Assembly: GCA_043228905.1 (NCBI GenBank)
Contig: JBHGNT010000016.1
Coordinates: forward strand, 7,626,001 to 7,690,000
Length of the DNA: 64,000 nt
Direction of reading: 5' to 3'
Source: Azolla caroliniana
Taxonomy: Eukaryota > Plantae > Polypodiophyta
This document shows positions 13,280-26,654 of this stretch, piece by piece (positions within the stretch are counted from its first letter, which is position 1; every line of letters begins with the position of its first letter). Under the pieces are notes generated by a model. The model was given only the letters and a program-made list of their open reading frames with translations, was not told the origin of the DNA and ran no database searches. The translations under genes and the position numbers were made by a program.

Positions 13280-16072
13280 TCGTGAACCTCATAGTTGATT
13301 TCTATAGCTTTGAATTTCCATGAATGAAAAACCACAGGGTGCAATTGGTCATCATTGCTAATCTGGGATAATACGCTTCCTAGTGCGAAGTCGGATGCAT
13401 CAGCTTCGAGTATAAAGCGCTTCAATGGATCAACATGCATCAAAATCGGTGCAGATGTAAATGCTTGCTATAATCCTTCAAATGCAGAGTTTGCATTTAT
13501 ACTCCAAACAAATAGTCGATTCTTTTGTGTCAGTTGAGTGCGGGGTAATACGATCTTTGAATAATCTTTGATGAACTTGCGATAAAAGTTTGCGAACCCC
13601 AAAAAACATTGTACATCTCGCACAAACTGTGGTGTTTGCCAATCCAAAACTGTTTGAACCTTTGCTAGATCCATAGAGATGCCATGTGAAGAGACTATGT
13701 ACCCCAAAAATTCCACTTGACGCTGGAAACTGCACTTCTCCAATTTTGCATAGAGACCATATTCATGCAACCGTTGCAAAGCTTGTCAAACGTGTATAGC
13801 ATGATCCTCTTGATTTTTTGAGTAGATCAAGATATCATCCATGTAAACTATGACGAAAATATCGAGGAAATCTCGAAAAATGACATTCGCCATATGTTGG
13901 AAAACTGTTGGTGCATTCGTGAGACCAAATGGCATCATTATATACTCAAAGTGGCCATAGCGAGTACGGAAAGCAGTCTTCCATTCATCCCCAGGAAGAA
14001 TTCGAACAAGATTGTAAGCACCTCAAAGATCTAACTTTGTGAAATACTTAGCTCCACTGAGGTGTTCCAGAAGGCTCGAAATCAATGGTAGAGCATATCA
14101 GTTTCGAATAGTTACTTTATTCAATCCTCGATAATCCACGACCAAACGAAGCAAACCATCTTTCTTCTTAACAAAAAATATGGCTGCGCCGGCAGGAGAT
14201 CTTGAATGCTAGATAAACCCATTCGCTAAGTTCTTGTCGATATATTCCCGAAGAACCTCTAATTCCGTGGGCGAAAGGTTATAAATTGGCCCCTATGGAG
14301 GCTCTGTTCCGGGCTGCAAATCAATCGGGCAATCATACGATCGATGCTCTGGTAGTCTATTGGCCTTCACTTATCAAACACATCGGAGAATTCTATATAT
14401 TTCTTCGGTAGTTGGACCCCCGATTCTTGTGAGCTCGATGTGGGAGTTGCTAAAACTGTGAACACCAACATGTCTTCCTTCCGTCCTTCCTCACGTAACT
14501 GATGTATAGAGATTGTCGAAATCTTTTGGAATGTCCTATCCTTTGTTGGAGTTTTAAGAGACTCAGACTGTATTGTGACCTCTTCAATGGTTCTTTTCCT
14601 CCAATCAATAGTTGGGTTATGTAGCTCAAACCATGGAAGACCAAGAACTAGGGAGTGCTCTAGACTACTAATGATGTTGAATGAGATGACACTAGCCAAA
14701 TTGCCTAGGACTACACAAATTGGTTCAGACTCTTCAACTATATCACCTGATGCTATGGGGCATCCATCAATGACTCCGACAGACACTAGGCTTGGGAGCT
14801 TATGCAACTGAATATTATGTATTATAGCAAACTCACGATCCATGAAACAAGAGTTGGCTCTAGATTCTAAGAGGACAGAAGTCGGGACTCGATGACACCT
14901 AGATGTATTAAGCTCAACTTGTGCAGAGAAAACTCAACTAACTTGACCGGATGAAATGGAACCACAACTAGGGATGGACGTTACATGCCTAGGGCTATCC
15001 AACCAAATGGCTCCGATTTTGGCCGGACTTACTCGTTTAACACATCATCTAATTGGCTCAAGACATCAAATGTATTTTTATGACAAGGACTACTAGGCCT
15101 ACTTGGGTTACAAGAAGGGGGAGCAAAAATTGAGATGGGATTGTCATGAAGACTTACTTGGTTAACTTGTCATCGTGGTTTATGTGGACAATTCATAGCA
15201 ATATGCCCTAGACCACCACAATAGAGGCATAGACGATTCGCTCATTGTCATTGCTTTTCAGCATCCGATAATGGTCCTCGACGTCGTGTTGTCTCAATTT
15301 CCATTGGAGTAGGGCCTTCCACCATACTTGGGGTGGAATTGCAACCACTGAAGCATATGTTTCTATTGGTCGAAAGCGTAACATTTGTTGGCACTTAGAA
15401 CGCCACTCAAATAAGCGATTGTCACATCGCATGGACCGGCTTATTGCTTTAATAAGAGATTTTGGATCATCATGGAAGGTAAGAAGTAAATCCTTCACAT
15501 CATTGTGCAAACCTTGACGAAATTGGTCCATTAACACCGCCTTGTCCCATGGAATATCATATGCTAGAAGGCGAAAATCTGTAGCATAAGTGGAAGCAGG
15601 ACGATCTCCTTGTCGTAATCGCAGAATTTTGTTTATTGCGGTTCTCATACTATCGATGTCTCCAAAGTTGGCTTGGAACTCATTAATAAACCCTTCAAAA
15701 TCTTCTAATAATGGTGAGTGCTTCTCAAGGAGTGGTGCAAACCATGCTAATGCGGTACCCGTTAACAAGGTACCAACTAGTCCCACACGAGCAACATCAG
15801 TTGGGTAACTGCTAGGATGCAATTTAATCACAAGCCGTACCTGATTTAAAAATCCACGAAATTGAGACCTTGTACCATCAAACTTGGCCGGCAGACTAAT
15901 CTTGGGTTCCTTCGACAAGGATTGAACTTCCGCCGCTTGTCAATGCAATAGAGTAGTCTCCAATTGATACACCCGTTGAGATAATTCTTCATATTGTTGT
16001 ACTTTCTGTTGGGAGACAGGTCCCTCCGGATGGGAAGGGAGAAGAACAATGCTGATGAACAAACTCGGCCGA

Positions 16073-16285
16073 AACCGGATGACGAGTAGCCGGCTACGGA
16101 GAGCCGGATGGTGTAGACCCGATGAGAACCGGATGAGTACCCGGCTACGGAGAGCCGGATGGTGCAGACCCGGTGAGAACCGGATGAGGAGTGCCCAGCT
16201 ACGGAGAGCTGGATGGTGCAGACCCGGTGAGAACCGGATGAGGAGTGCCCGGCTACGGAGAGCCGGATGGTGCAGACCCGGTGAG
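16073..16285. repeat. About 54-bp CCGG-rich tandem repeat, 4 units, in U3 of the copia LTR
   Basis: AACCGGATGAGGAGTGCCCGGCTACGGAGAGCCGGATGGTGCAGACCCGGTGAG-like units; the same array is at 53532-53760. Confidence 0.9.
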
Positions 16286-16765
16286 GAGTGCTCACCGAAT
16301 GAAGAGACATATTCGTAAATATGTTTTTGAGAATCCATCCTGGCTATATTTGTAAATAGCCGAAAAGTCATATTAGTATAAATATGACTTAGGGCAAACT
16401 TTTAGTTGTAGTTGTTATTCTTGTTGGTGCAAGAAGAGAGGGAGCGCATAACCGTGTATAGAGAGAGAGAGAGAGAGAGAGAGAGGGAACGAGGTCGTTG
16501 CCTCTGTTGAAACCGCCGCCTGTGGCGAAGATCGTGAGCACGAGGTCGTTGCCTCCGTGAACTCACTGTTGTACATTCTAACATAGTGATAGTTTTCAGC
16601 TTGGGGGTTGCCGTGGTTTTTTCCCTAGTTTGGGGTTTTCCACATAAACATCCTGTGTACTCTTCTCTTCTTTGTGTCGTGCATTTATTTCCCGTTTTCT
16701 GTGTATGATTCTAAGCTCGGTTGTGGCCGAGCGTTGCATATAGGGAGCGTGCAGTTCCTGTGAAG

Positions 16766-16777
16766 TGGTATCAGAGC
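16766..16777 (+). other. PBS complementary to initiator tRNA-Met
   Basis: TGGTATCAGAGC, 2 nt after the LTR end. Confidence 0.92.
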
Positions 16778-17318
16778 GAAACGACACAGAAAATGGACGA
16801 ATCGTTGGGCGGCATGTTCAAGCTCACCGGCTCCAACTATTCAGTGTGGAAATCGAAGATGAGGGATATGCTCGTGGTTAAAGATCTTTGGTTGCCGGTT
16901 CAGTTTAGGGACAAGAGACCGGACAAAATCGATGCCACGATATGGGAGGTGATGCACATGAAGACAACGGCGTACATACGGTGCTTCATCGACATGAGCC
17001 TATACAACAACTTCAATGAAGAGAGCAAGGCTCATGATTCTAAGCTCGGTTGTGGCCGAGCGTTGCGTATAGGTAGCGTGCAATTCCTGTCACTTTCTCA
17101 GCACTTACTTGTTGTAGGTCTCCCAACAATCTTTGATTTTCATGCTCCAGTGCCACGAATTTAGTTGTTAGCATGTCGAGCTCGGAGAGAACACGCATAT
17201 ATTCTTGCTTGTTGACGGACTCCATAGTTACAAGAGAAAATTGGTAGATTTACTTGAATAAGGTTAAGATAAGAAGAAGAAGTTGGAGAAGAAGAAAAGA
17301 GAGATATTCGGTTCAAAT

Positions 17319-17368
17319 GGTCGAGACTTGAGAATAGGAGAGAGAAAAAGTAAGATGACGATAGAAGG

Positions 17369-17408
<40 letters not shown>

Positions 17409-17798
17409 ACTAGAAATGGAAAGAGAGTTTATATTATAAGAGAGCAAGGATTACAAAGAGTAGGTTAAGGGGCTACAAACTTGTGTTGAACCGAATGAGT
17501 TATGATGAATGAATAGACACCTATTTATACTCCTTATGGAGTATTCTAGAATGTTCTAGAATATTTTAGATATTTATGATATTTACATTCTAGAATATTT
17601 TAGATATTTATGATATTTAATATAATCATGGAATATCCTAGAATGTTCTAGAATACTCTAAATATCTTGTAATAACTAATAATACATTATTATAACTATA
17701 CATCATATATGTTATTATAATGGTTAAATGTCTAACATATAGATCAAGACGTCTTGGGATCGAATCCTTGTAAGGCCAAAATGTATGTCTTCATGACA
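17319..17798 (-). repeat. 5' LTR of chromovirus B
   Basis: Matches 11254-11500. TATAAAT at 17529-17523 (minus). Bounded by TSD GTGAC. Confidence 0.88.
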
Positions 17799-19675
17799 GT
17801 GACAGCCCTATAAGCATAAAATGGTGTTACCTTTGTCGATGAGTGGACAAAGTTATTATACGCAAATTCGGCGAAGTGGAGATTATCCGCTCGGTCATCT
17901 TGATGATAGCTTAAAAAGCACCGAAGATACTACTCCAGCGTTTTATTTGTTCGTTCTGGTTAGCCCTCTGTTTGCGGGTTGTAGCAGGAGGAGAGGTTAC
18001 AAGTGACCTTGAGCATTTTAAAGAGGTGCTTCTAGAATTTCGAGACGAACAAGGGTCCATGGTCGCTGATGATACTATCAGGAAGGCCATGATGCCGACA
18101 TACTTCACGCATGACAGTTTCGGCGGTTTCCTCACTAGAGATTTCCTTAGTACATGGCAAAAAGTGGGCCATCTTCGTATATCGATCTACTACTGTTAAG
18201 ATCGCATCGAATCCCTTAGAGACCGGAAGATCTGTGATGAAATCTAGAGCAATGGATTGCCACGGCTTGCTTGGAATTGGTAATGGTTCTAATAAACCAT
18301 ATGGATGATGCCTTGGCATTTTTGCTCTGCAACATGTATCACAAGTCCGAACAAAATCTTCGACAAATTGTCGCATATGGGGCCACCAGAATGATCGTTA
18401 TAGTAAATCTAATGTTTTAGTACTACCAAAGTACCCAGTTGTATATGTGTCATGACAGTTTTGGACTACTTGAAGGAGATAAGAACCATTAGGAACATAC
18501 AAGAGTTTCTTAAAGAATAGTAATCCACCATGAAATTCGAATTGTCAATAGTCTGTACCTGGTCGTTGTGATTGTAAACAAGATGCTTGAGAGGGATCAA
18601 TTTGTGTTAGAATAGCTTGGGTGAAAGCATCTGTCTTCAATTCCTCACGTATGGTATTGATAACATGGGAATCCAAGGGCATTCTGAAGACCTGTGTTGC
18701 TTGCAATCGTGTTGGTCCCAGAATTACTTGCTTTTGGTTATCGAAAGCTAGCTCGCCAGGACGCGGTGCTAGATACGAGCATCGTGAAAATGCATCTGCC
18801 TTCCCTTGTTGCTTCCCTGGACGATATGTAATTTTGAAGTTGAAACAAGTGAGGAATTGGGCCCATCAAGCTTGACGTCGATTTAACACACGAGCATTCT
18901 GAAAGTAGGCGAGGTTTTTGTGATCACTGAATACAGTGACTTGATGAGAAGATCCCTCTAGAAAATGCCTCCATTGCGTAAAAGAGTCCACTATTGCTAA
19001 TAGCTCCTTATCATGAATTTCAGCGACGTCAAAGTTGCGTGAATGGAAAGCCACGGGATGGAGTTTTTCATCATCGCCTTGTTGTGACAGAATGCTACCC
19101 AACACGAAATCTCACGCGTCCACTTCGATGATGAATGGTTTTTCCGGATCAACATGAGCCAGAATAGGAGTTGATGTAAATGCCTTCTTAAGACCCTCAA
19201 AAGTCATGTCTGCTTCTTCAGACCAAACGAACGATTGTCCCTTCCTGGTGAGTTGTGTGAGAGGCGGAACAAGCTTTGAGTAATCCTGTATAAACTTGCG
19301 GTAGAAATTGGGAAAGCCTAAAAAGCATTGCACATCTCACAACGAACGCAGAGTCTACCACTCTACCACCATTTTGACCTTGGCCGGATCCATGGAAATG
19401 CCTTCCGAGGAGATGACATAGCCTAGAAATTCTACTTGGTTGCACTCGAAACTACATTTTTCCAGCTTTGCATAAAGACCATGTTCTCGAAGTCGTTTTA
19501 GTACTAACAGTACATGAGAATCATGCTCTTCTTTGGTCTTCGAATAAACCAGTAGATCATCCAAATAGTTTATCAAACAAACATCCAAGAGATCTCGGAA
19601 TATATCATTTGCCATGTTCTTAGAAGACTGTTGGCGCATTAGTGACGCCGAATGGCATGACCGTATACTCGAAGT
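17799..19675 (-). mobile_element. Chromovirus C, RT-RNase H-integrase pseudogene segment
   Basis: Colinear with 27300-29186 (YLDD, HDKELLAIVDSF, LDFITDLP). Confidence 0.88.
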
Positions 19676-19844
19676 CAATTTTTTGTTCATTCGCTCGGTT
19701 AACACTAAACATTGTGGAGATTGAGCCATTACAGGGCAAGCGTAACCACCACGAGTCTCGCGGCTTACAATCATCCCACGGGTCACGAAACGACCGTTGG
19801 CACCAAAAAGTTTGAATTTCCCACGCAAAGTTCGTCGAAAGAAC

Positions 19845-20055
19845 AACCTTCGACGAAGATTCAACCTTCGACAAAGATTCATCCTTCGACAGAGATTCAT
19901 CCTTCGACGAAGATTCAACCCACCTCACAGATTCAACCTTCGATGAAGATTCACCCTTCGACGAAGATTCATCCTTCGAGGAATATTCATCCGTCGACGA
20001 AGATTCAATCCACCTCGAAGATTCAACCTTCGACGAAGATTCATCCTTCGACGAA
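19845..20055. repeat. 18-bp minisatellite (~11.7 units) in the leader of element G
   Basis: Consensus A(A/T)CCTTCGACGAAGATTC. Confidence 0.92.
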
Positions 20056-20079
20056 CCTATAAAAGCTTGACAAGAAAAC

Positions 20080-22650
20080 ATGGCCGGATCCGCATGGACA
20101 GAGATGTTCAAAACCCGACCCGCATGCCAGGAGGAGTCCACACAAACCAACCAAACCCACGATGTCGTCCTACCTAACCCGACTCGGTACCATGGAGGGT
20201 GGCTAACTCCAGGGATGCTACCAAACATGAACCTCCCATCGAGCCCAGGAACTAAAGCACCTCTGAACACACCCCCACTACAGGAGAGCCCAATGGCAGA
20301 CCCACTCAGTGTAGAGCGACACATACGAGATGCAGCGCAAGAGTTACGGGTGATAGAACACGAAATCAATCTATGGACGGTACAACTTGCGAAAGGAGGA
20401 CAATTGGAAAGCACCACTCGAGATATCGAAGCCGCTTTGGCATAAAGGAAGGATAGATTCGCATGAGTGCAACAAAAACTTCACCTCCTAGAAACATCGT
20501 CGCACATGCACCGCCGAGGTCACGAGCACAGCCCTGTACCACATTCGAGCACAACGGGCGACAGCCCAAACGAAGCCCGCACACAACGACACCCGACACA
20601 ACCACGCATGGGCACAATCCCTACACCTGACCAAGCTACCCCTACACCTCCAAACGCTGAACTCGCACTAGCACTACAATCCATCCAAACTCTTGTAGCA
20701 TTGATGGAAAAAGACCGAGCACCCACAGACCATCCGAGAAACCTCACAAATGACAGTGGGAAGAGTGCTTCAATTTCTAAACTAGTACCCCGTTTCCTTG
20801 GTTTTGGCGATGCCTATGATCACGTAGAGAGGTTCAAACAAATTTATCGCGCTTATGAACCCCTCACAGAGATCACCAAGGTAGCCGCGTTTGGACTTAC
20901 ACTTGATGACCAAGCCAGAATTTGGCTTCGAACCTTCAATGAAGACATCGCAGCCGATTTGGAATATGTCATCGAGGATTTCTTGATAAACTTCACTCAC
21001 CGAGGGAATAAATGGAACCCGATTGACCAACTTTTCGCCCTCAAGCAAGAAGCGAACGAAACAATCTGGGACTACATACGTCGCACGAAAAGCCTGCATC
21101 ATCGTTGTAGTCTGAGCGACAAGATGTCGGATGACAAGTTGATGAGCCGTTTCATTAATGGGTTGTTCGATCCGACACTCCAAAATTTCCTAATTGCCAG
21201 GATGTGTCGATCGTTTGCTGAAGCCTGCACAGTAGTGATGACCTTTGAAGATTCAATGAGTGGGTTATAGATACCCACTCAAGCACCTACGAACAACCGC
21301 AAGAAATCCTCAAACCCCACCCCTACTCTACCCACACCACCACGAACCACCCGTATAGAAAGACCCCAAGCATACGCCCAACGAGAAAATGTAAGGTGCA
21401 CGGTATGCCACAGCCATCACATGAGACATGAGTGTCCCCTCCTCCATCAACGACGACCGCAATACTGTAAGTGGTGCAAAGCTTTTGTGATGCATACGCA
21501 AGAGAACTACAGGCAAGGCCCCACCGGAAGGTACGGCCAAATGCCAATGGTGGAACACCCACGCTCACCTCCACCACTTAGCCGCCCAACACTACCAGCG
21601 ATACTCCCTCAACAACCCCCACTACCGCGCGTCGGCACCCACCTCGCCGAACTAGAATATACCACAGATAACCAAACCCAGGTCGGGGCAAGCACCCCCG
21701 AATATAAAGACTCATACCGGGAGTATGGCATTGAACAAGAGGTGTTGTCCCACTTCCTGGACTTCGAAGGTGACGAAATACCAATGTACGTCCTGAGATG
21801 GGAACAACATGGACCCCCTATGGGATACCGCAACAACAATGGTCTAAGGAGGTCAAAATTGAAATGCTTCAACTGCCAAGGCCCACATATGGTTAGCGAG
21901 TGCCCAACCAAACATGAATACTACAACCGGATGGCCCAATGACCATGACACCTCCCACTCAACACGCCCCCCACAACCACCGGTGCAAGGTCTCACCCAA
22001 CAGTTGCAGGACCTTATCGAATGGTTCCAAAGAGAAGCATCATGCCTAGGGTGCAATAAGGAACACTTAGTACCTGATTGCCCAGAAAAGAAGAAAAGGG
22101 TCGGCACAAATCTGTTGTCCATTGTACCATCCACGATCGGTGCCAATGTCATCACACGGGCCCAACGAGTAGCGCACAATTTAAAATACCAAGATCAAGG
22201 TCTCCCCGCAACCACACGTAAGAGACAAAAATCTAGAAAGAATAATTCCACGCAAACCTCAAAACAAGATCAAGAACCGGAGGGAGACATAGAAACATTA
22301 CCTGTCAATCCAAATCAAGAACTACTGGCACACCTAGCGGCATACCCAAACCCAGTAGCTAAGAAACAAAAGGTAGAAGAATACATCAAGCTCATACGCC
22401 ACAAACAGTTTGAAAAATCACTTAGTCTCCCAAGCTTAAACTTCGACCAACTAGAAGAATGGGTAAACCCCTCACCTCCCCCCGTCGTCACACCAACCGA
22501 CACCCCCACTTGCCATCCTACTCCGATCAAAGAGTTCAACACAGCCCTACTCTAGCAAATCTTAAATTTAAGATTCCGACTCACATTACGCGAAGTGCAG
22601 AGCTACATTGGCACCTTCGTCGCCGACAACCCCCTGCTACGACCTCTACT
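20080..22650 (+). pseudogene. gag of element G (in-frame stops, zinc knuckles)
   Basis: ORFs 20080, 20467 and 21421 share one frame. Retrotransposon gag-like core (ARIWL...LKQEANETIWDY...FINGL) and knuckles CFNCQGPHMVSEC and CLGCNKEHLVPDC. Confidence 0.75.
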
Positions 22651-22891
22651 TATGGTAAACGAGAAATAGAAAGAGAGGGAGAAAGGGAGAGAGAGAAAGA
22701 GAGGGAGAAAGAATGTTTTTATGATAATGTGTGTTTGTCTCTCTCTCTACAACCAACCAACCGACCACAGAGAGAGAATGTGGTGGTTATAGGTGCACCC
22801 TATTTTTGGGGTGCACCTTTTCATATCATAAGGTTACGTTTTGTATTTACTTTCTTATTTACTTATTTACACTAATTAGTTTATTACAACA
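22651..22891 (-). repeat. 3' LTR of copia H
   Basis: Near-identical to 33460-33700. Confidence 0.95.
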
Positions 22892-22903
22892 CCCCCCCAT
22901 AAA

Positions 22904-25900
22904 CTAATTAGTTGTGAACCGTTGTAATCCTAAATTTTCACAACAAGTTTCAAATTTGTCCGGAGGGAGAGCCTTTGTTAGAAAATCAGCCCACATATGA
23001 TTTGTTGATGTAAACTCTAATGTAAGCTTGTTTTCTTCGGCTAACTCTCGTATAAAGTGATATTTTAAATCCACATGTTTTGTTTTCTCTGAGTGCTTTG
23101 GATTCTTCGTTAAGTAGATGCATGATATATTGTCGCAGAAGATTTTCAATTGGAGTGGTCCACATAGTTGGAGTTCTTTTATCACTGTTTGCAACCATAA
23201 TCCTTCTTTAGCAGCCAATGCCACTGCTACGAACTCAGCTTCAGCAGATGAGAGTGTCACAGATTCTTGTTTTTTCGATTGCCACGTCACTGCTGCTCCT
23301 GCCATTATAAAAGAAAAACCAGCAGTAGATCTACGAGAATCAATGTCCCCCCCCCAATCCGAATCAGACCAACCAACAAGTGATTTGATTGGTCTTTCGG
23401 ATTGGGATCGTTTATATGTTAATCCATAGTTAGATGTGTGTTTTAAATATCGCATAACTCGTTGAAGTGATTTCCAATGCATAAGACCAGGGTTATGCAT
23501 AAAGCGTGAAAGATAGTTAATTGCAAAACAAAGGTCAGGACGAGTCCCTGTGACTAAATATCGAAGTTTTCCTATTAATTGTTTAAAAGGAAATTGTTGC
23601 ATAAAATTAATATCTCTTTTTGTGGTTGGACTATCAGATATGCTTAAGTTACATGTTAATGATAAGGGAGTAGTGCAAGGTTTAATGTTTAGCATTCCGA
23701 AGGATTTCAAAATTTCATTAATGAATTTATTTTGATGAATGATCAAGGTGCCCATACTACGATTACGCGTAACTTGCATGCCTAGGAAATAAGATAGGGG
23801 ACCTAAATCTGTTATTGAAAATGCTTTGGAAAGCTCTAGCTTTGCTTGAGTAATTTCAGATGGTGTTCCGACTATAGGAATGTCATCAACATATAATGCT
23901 ACCACTAACAACCGATTAGATGAATGATTATGTCTAATGTATATATTTGGTTCTGATAACAATCTAGAATAGCCATGTGAGAGCATAAAATTGTTAAATT
24001 TTTGAAACCATAACCTAGGAGATTGTTTGAGTCCATAAAGTGATCGATGTAATCGACACACATAGTTTGGTTGAGATTGTGACTCAAACCCAGGAGGTTG
24101 GGACATGTAGATTTCCTCAGGTAAATCACCATGTAGAAATGCCGTTTGTACATCCAAATGATGTACTTCGAGATCAAGAATGGTGGCTAGAGCCATTAGG
24201 AGCCGAAAAGATGCCATACGGAGGACGGGTGAAAATGTCTCAGAATAGTCAAGTCCTTCAACTTGAGAAAACCCACGAGCTACAAGTCGAGCTTTGTAAC
24301 GTGCAACAGTACCATCAGGGTTTAGTTTTTTCTTCAACACCCATTTGCATGAAATAGGTGAGCGTCCCATTGGGAGTGGTACTAGAGTCCATGTTTTATT
24401 GGCCTCAAGAGATTCAAGTTCTTTTGCCATGGCGGCTTGCCATTCTACACGATCTGGACTTTGCAATGCCTCATTGATAGTTAAGGGATCATCAGAGACG
24501 TCTGATGTGGTTGTCAGGGAACCAAGAGCCGAAAAAGCAAACTCAGGTTCAAATCGATGGTCCGCAACAAGGGCATCAATTTTTTGTGTGTGATCATAAA
24601 GATCTTGAATAGTACGAACTTTCTTTGGAGTCGATGTAGGGCTAAGTGAACTAGGTGATTTCGCATTGTCACAACAATTTTTATCTTCTACATGTTGACG
24701 ATTAGTGGGATATGAGGTATTTCTACATCCTATTTTAATTACTTTTGCATCATTGTGACCATTGGTTTTCCCCTTACCATTAAGGCGTGAGGATCTTCGT
24801 AGTGGGATCAAGAGATTTTGAATAGGATGGGAACCTGAATAATCAATGTGAGTTAATTGTGTTCTATCTAAAGGCTTTTCCTTATGAGTGCTAAATTGTT
24901 TATTAAGCCTTTGTTTAGTTTGCGTAGAGTTAGTGTTTAAAATTGGAGTATGTACATCAGTTTGTTGTGATTGTTTGGTTATTAGGGGCAATAAGTTGTA
25001 CTCATTGGTTGAAACTGGGACTTTTGGGCGAACCTCTAGAGATGAATGCATTAGTGGAGGAGGGTTAATTGGCATATGGTCAAGTGTGACTTGTTGAATT
25101 TCCGAGGACATTTGTGGAGCCCGCCAAGAATTAGTAGGTGATGATATTATTTCTTTATTAGATTCAATGTTAGACATGGTAGTCTCATCTTGTATCTTTT
25201 CATGGCCATGATGTGGGTGAGGATTAGATATTAGCTTATCTTCATCAAATATCACTCGTCGACTAAATATAAATCTTTTGGATTTTGGGTCATATAATCG
25301 ATAACCCTTATAGCCATGAGGTTCGCCATACCCAACAAATATTGTGCGAACTGCGTGATTATCTAATTTTGATCGAGTTTCTAAGGGTACGAGTGCATAT
25401 GATGGACATCCAAAGATTCTTAGATTTTCATAATTTGGATTTTTTCCAAACCACAAGGAAAATGGAGTTGTCCTAATTGATCGACTATATGTTCTATTGA
25501 ATATATAACAAGCGGTTGAAACGGCCTCTTCCCAATATGTTCGGGGAAGGTTTGCAATGGCGAGCATGCTACGAGTGGCGTCCATATACAACCGGTTTCG
25601 CCGTTCAGCCCTTGAATTGTGTTGGGGTGTATATGGGATGGTAAACCGTTGTTGAATCCCATGGTTTTGGCAATAAGTTTGGAAGTTTTGGGACTTGAAT
25701 TCTCCACCATTGTCTGATTGTAGTACTTTAAGGGGTAAATCTTGTTGATTTGTTACAAGTTTGTGGTAGGCTTTAAATTTCTCAAGGACTTGATCACTAC
25801 ATTTTGTCTTGAGAAACGTGACCATCGTGAACCGAGTAAAGTCATCGATAAATGTTAGGAAATATACATTTCCAGATAGGGATGGGGTAGACAAAGGACC

Positions 25901-26182
25901 ACATATATCCATATGTACTAGTTGGAGGGGTTTGGTGGTCGTTGTAGGATGGGATGGAAATGGCGAGTTAGAAAGTTTTCCAAATATACACCCTTCGCAA
26001 AGGGATAATTTCGATTTACGAGGAAGAGTAAAGCCAATTGCTATATGTTGTCGGGCCATGTGAACCATTGTTTGATGGTTTAAGTGACCTAATCGATAGT
26101 GCCATAATAAGGTCATATAGTTTGATGTGTTTGAATCATCTATGTGGTGTGCTTCTTCAGCAGGTACCACAGAGCGGCCTAG
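22904..26182 (-). pseudogene. Copia H polyprotein, 3' part (integrase, RT, RNase H); still open but severed from gag
   Basis: 1088-aa ORF: LWHYRLGH, CEGC, SDNGGEF, YKARLVARGF, LYVDD, WSDSDWGG, AEAEF. Confidence 0.92.
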
Positions 26183-26316
26183 TGTCAGGAACTCTATTAA
26201 GGCAGAGAAGGAATTAGTACTAAAAGAAGGATTAGTACTATTGTTGGGGAATAGTACTAAGACAGAGAAGGATTAGTACTATGAGAGGTGTCGAACTTTT
26301 GAGAGAAGGAATGAGT

Positions 26317-26364
<48 letters not shown>

Positions 26365-26654
26365 TGATGCGAAAGATATATGTATTATATGAAGGAAGAT
26401 ATACAACAGTAGTTAGAAGGCTTAAGACTGGCGTTGAACCGATTTGGTTCGAACTAATGCCTTGCGCCTCCTTTTATAGTGTCTTCAGGAATACTCCTGA
26501 AGTTTCTAGAATGTTCCAGAGAAATCTGGAATATACATCAATTTCCCAATAAAACCTAAATGAAAATAATATCCTTCAAATTACAATTCATAACCTAATG
26601 GTAAAGTCTCGACCCGTGTAACAAAAGGTTATGGGTTCGAGTCTAGTTATGACA
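26183..26654 (-). repeat. 3' LTR of chromovirus I
   Basis: TGTCA...TGACA termini; direct repeat of 31505-31982. Confidence 0.96.
26591..26644 (+). promoter_or_regulatory. tRNA-like Pol III A/B-box module in the LTR (copies at 31919-31972, 49479-49533, 17713-17767)
   Basis: TAACCTAATGG followed 43 nt later (start to start) by GGTTCGAGTC. Confidence 0.6.

Larger units (their letters stand above)
16007..17092 (+). mobile_element. Internally deleted Ty1/copia element inserted in the gag of element B
   Basis: TSD CTTTC (16002-16006 and 17093-17097). Full 5' LTR 16007-16763, PBS, ~240 bp of gag, then only the last ~58 bp of the 3' LTR. Confidence 0.9.
11254..17798 (-). mobile_element. Chromovirus-type Ty3/gypsy element B (Tcn1/Tf1-sushi-like), degenerate
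   Basis: TSD GTGAC at 11249-11253 and 17799-17803. 5' LTR 17319-17798; truncated 3' LTR 11254-~11500. gag 15208-15918 and PR, RT, RNase H and integrase fragments are homologous to 26647-31400. Confidence 0.9.

Noticed and set aside
16049-16371. Repetitive ORFs on both strands (also 53381-53827)
   Set aside because: Translations of the 54-bp LTR tandem repeat.
19676-19810. PBS of element G
   Set aside because: No segment matches a tRNA 3' end that I can identify with confidence.
19845-20055. CRISPR-like array, or repeat proteins (ORFs 19712-20062 and 19620-20417)
   Set aside because: Units are contiguous with no unique spacers, there are no cas genes, and the context is eukaryotic. The ORFs arise because 18 is a multiple of 3 and the unit lacks stops.
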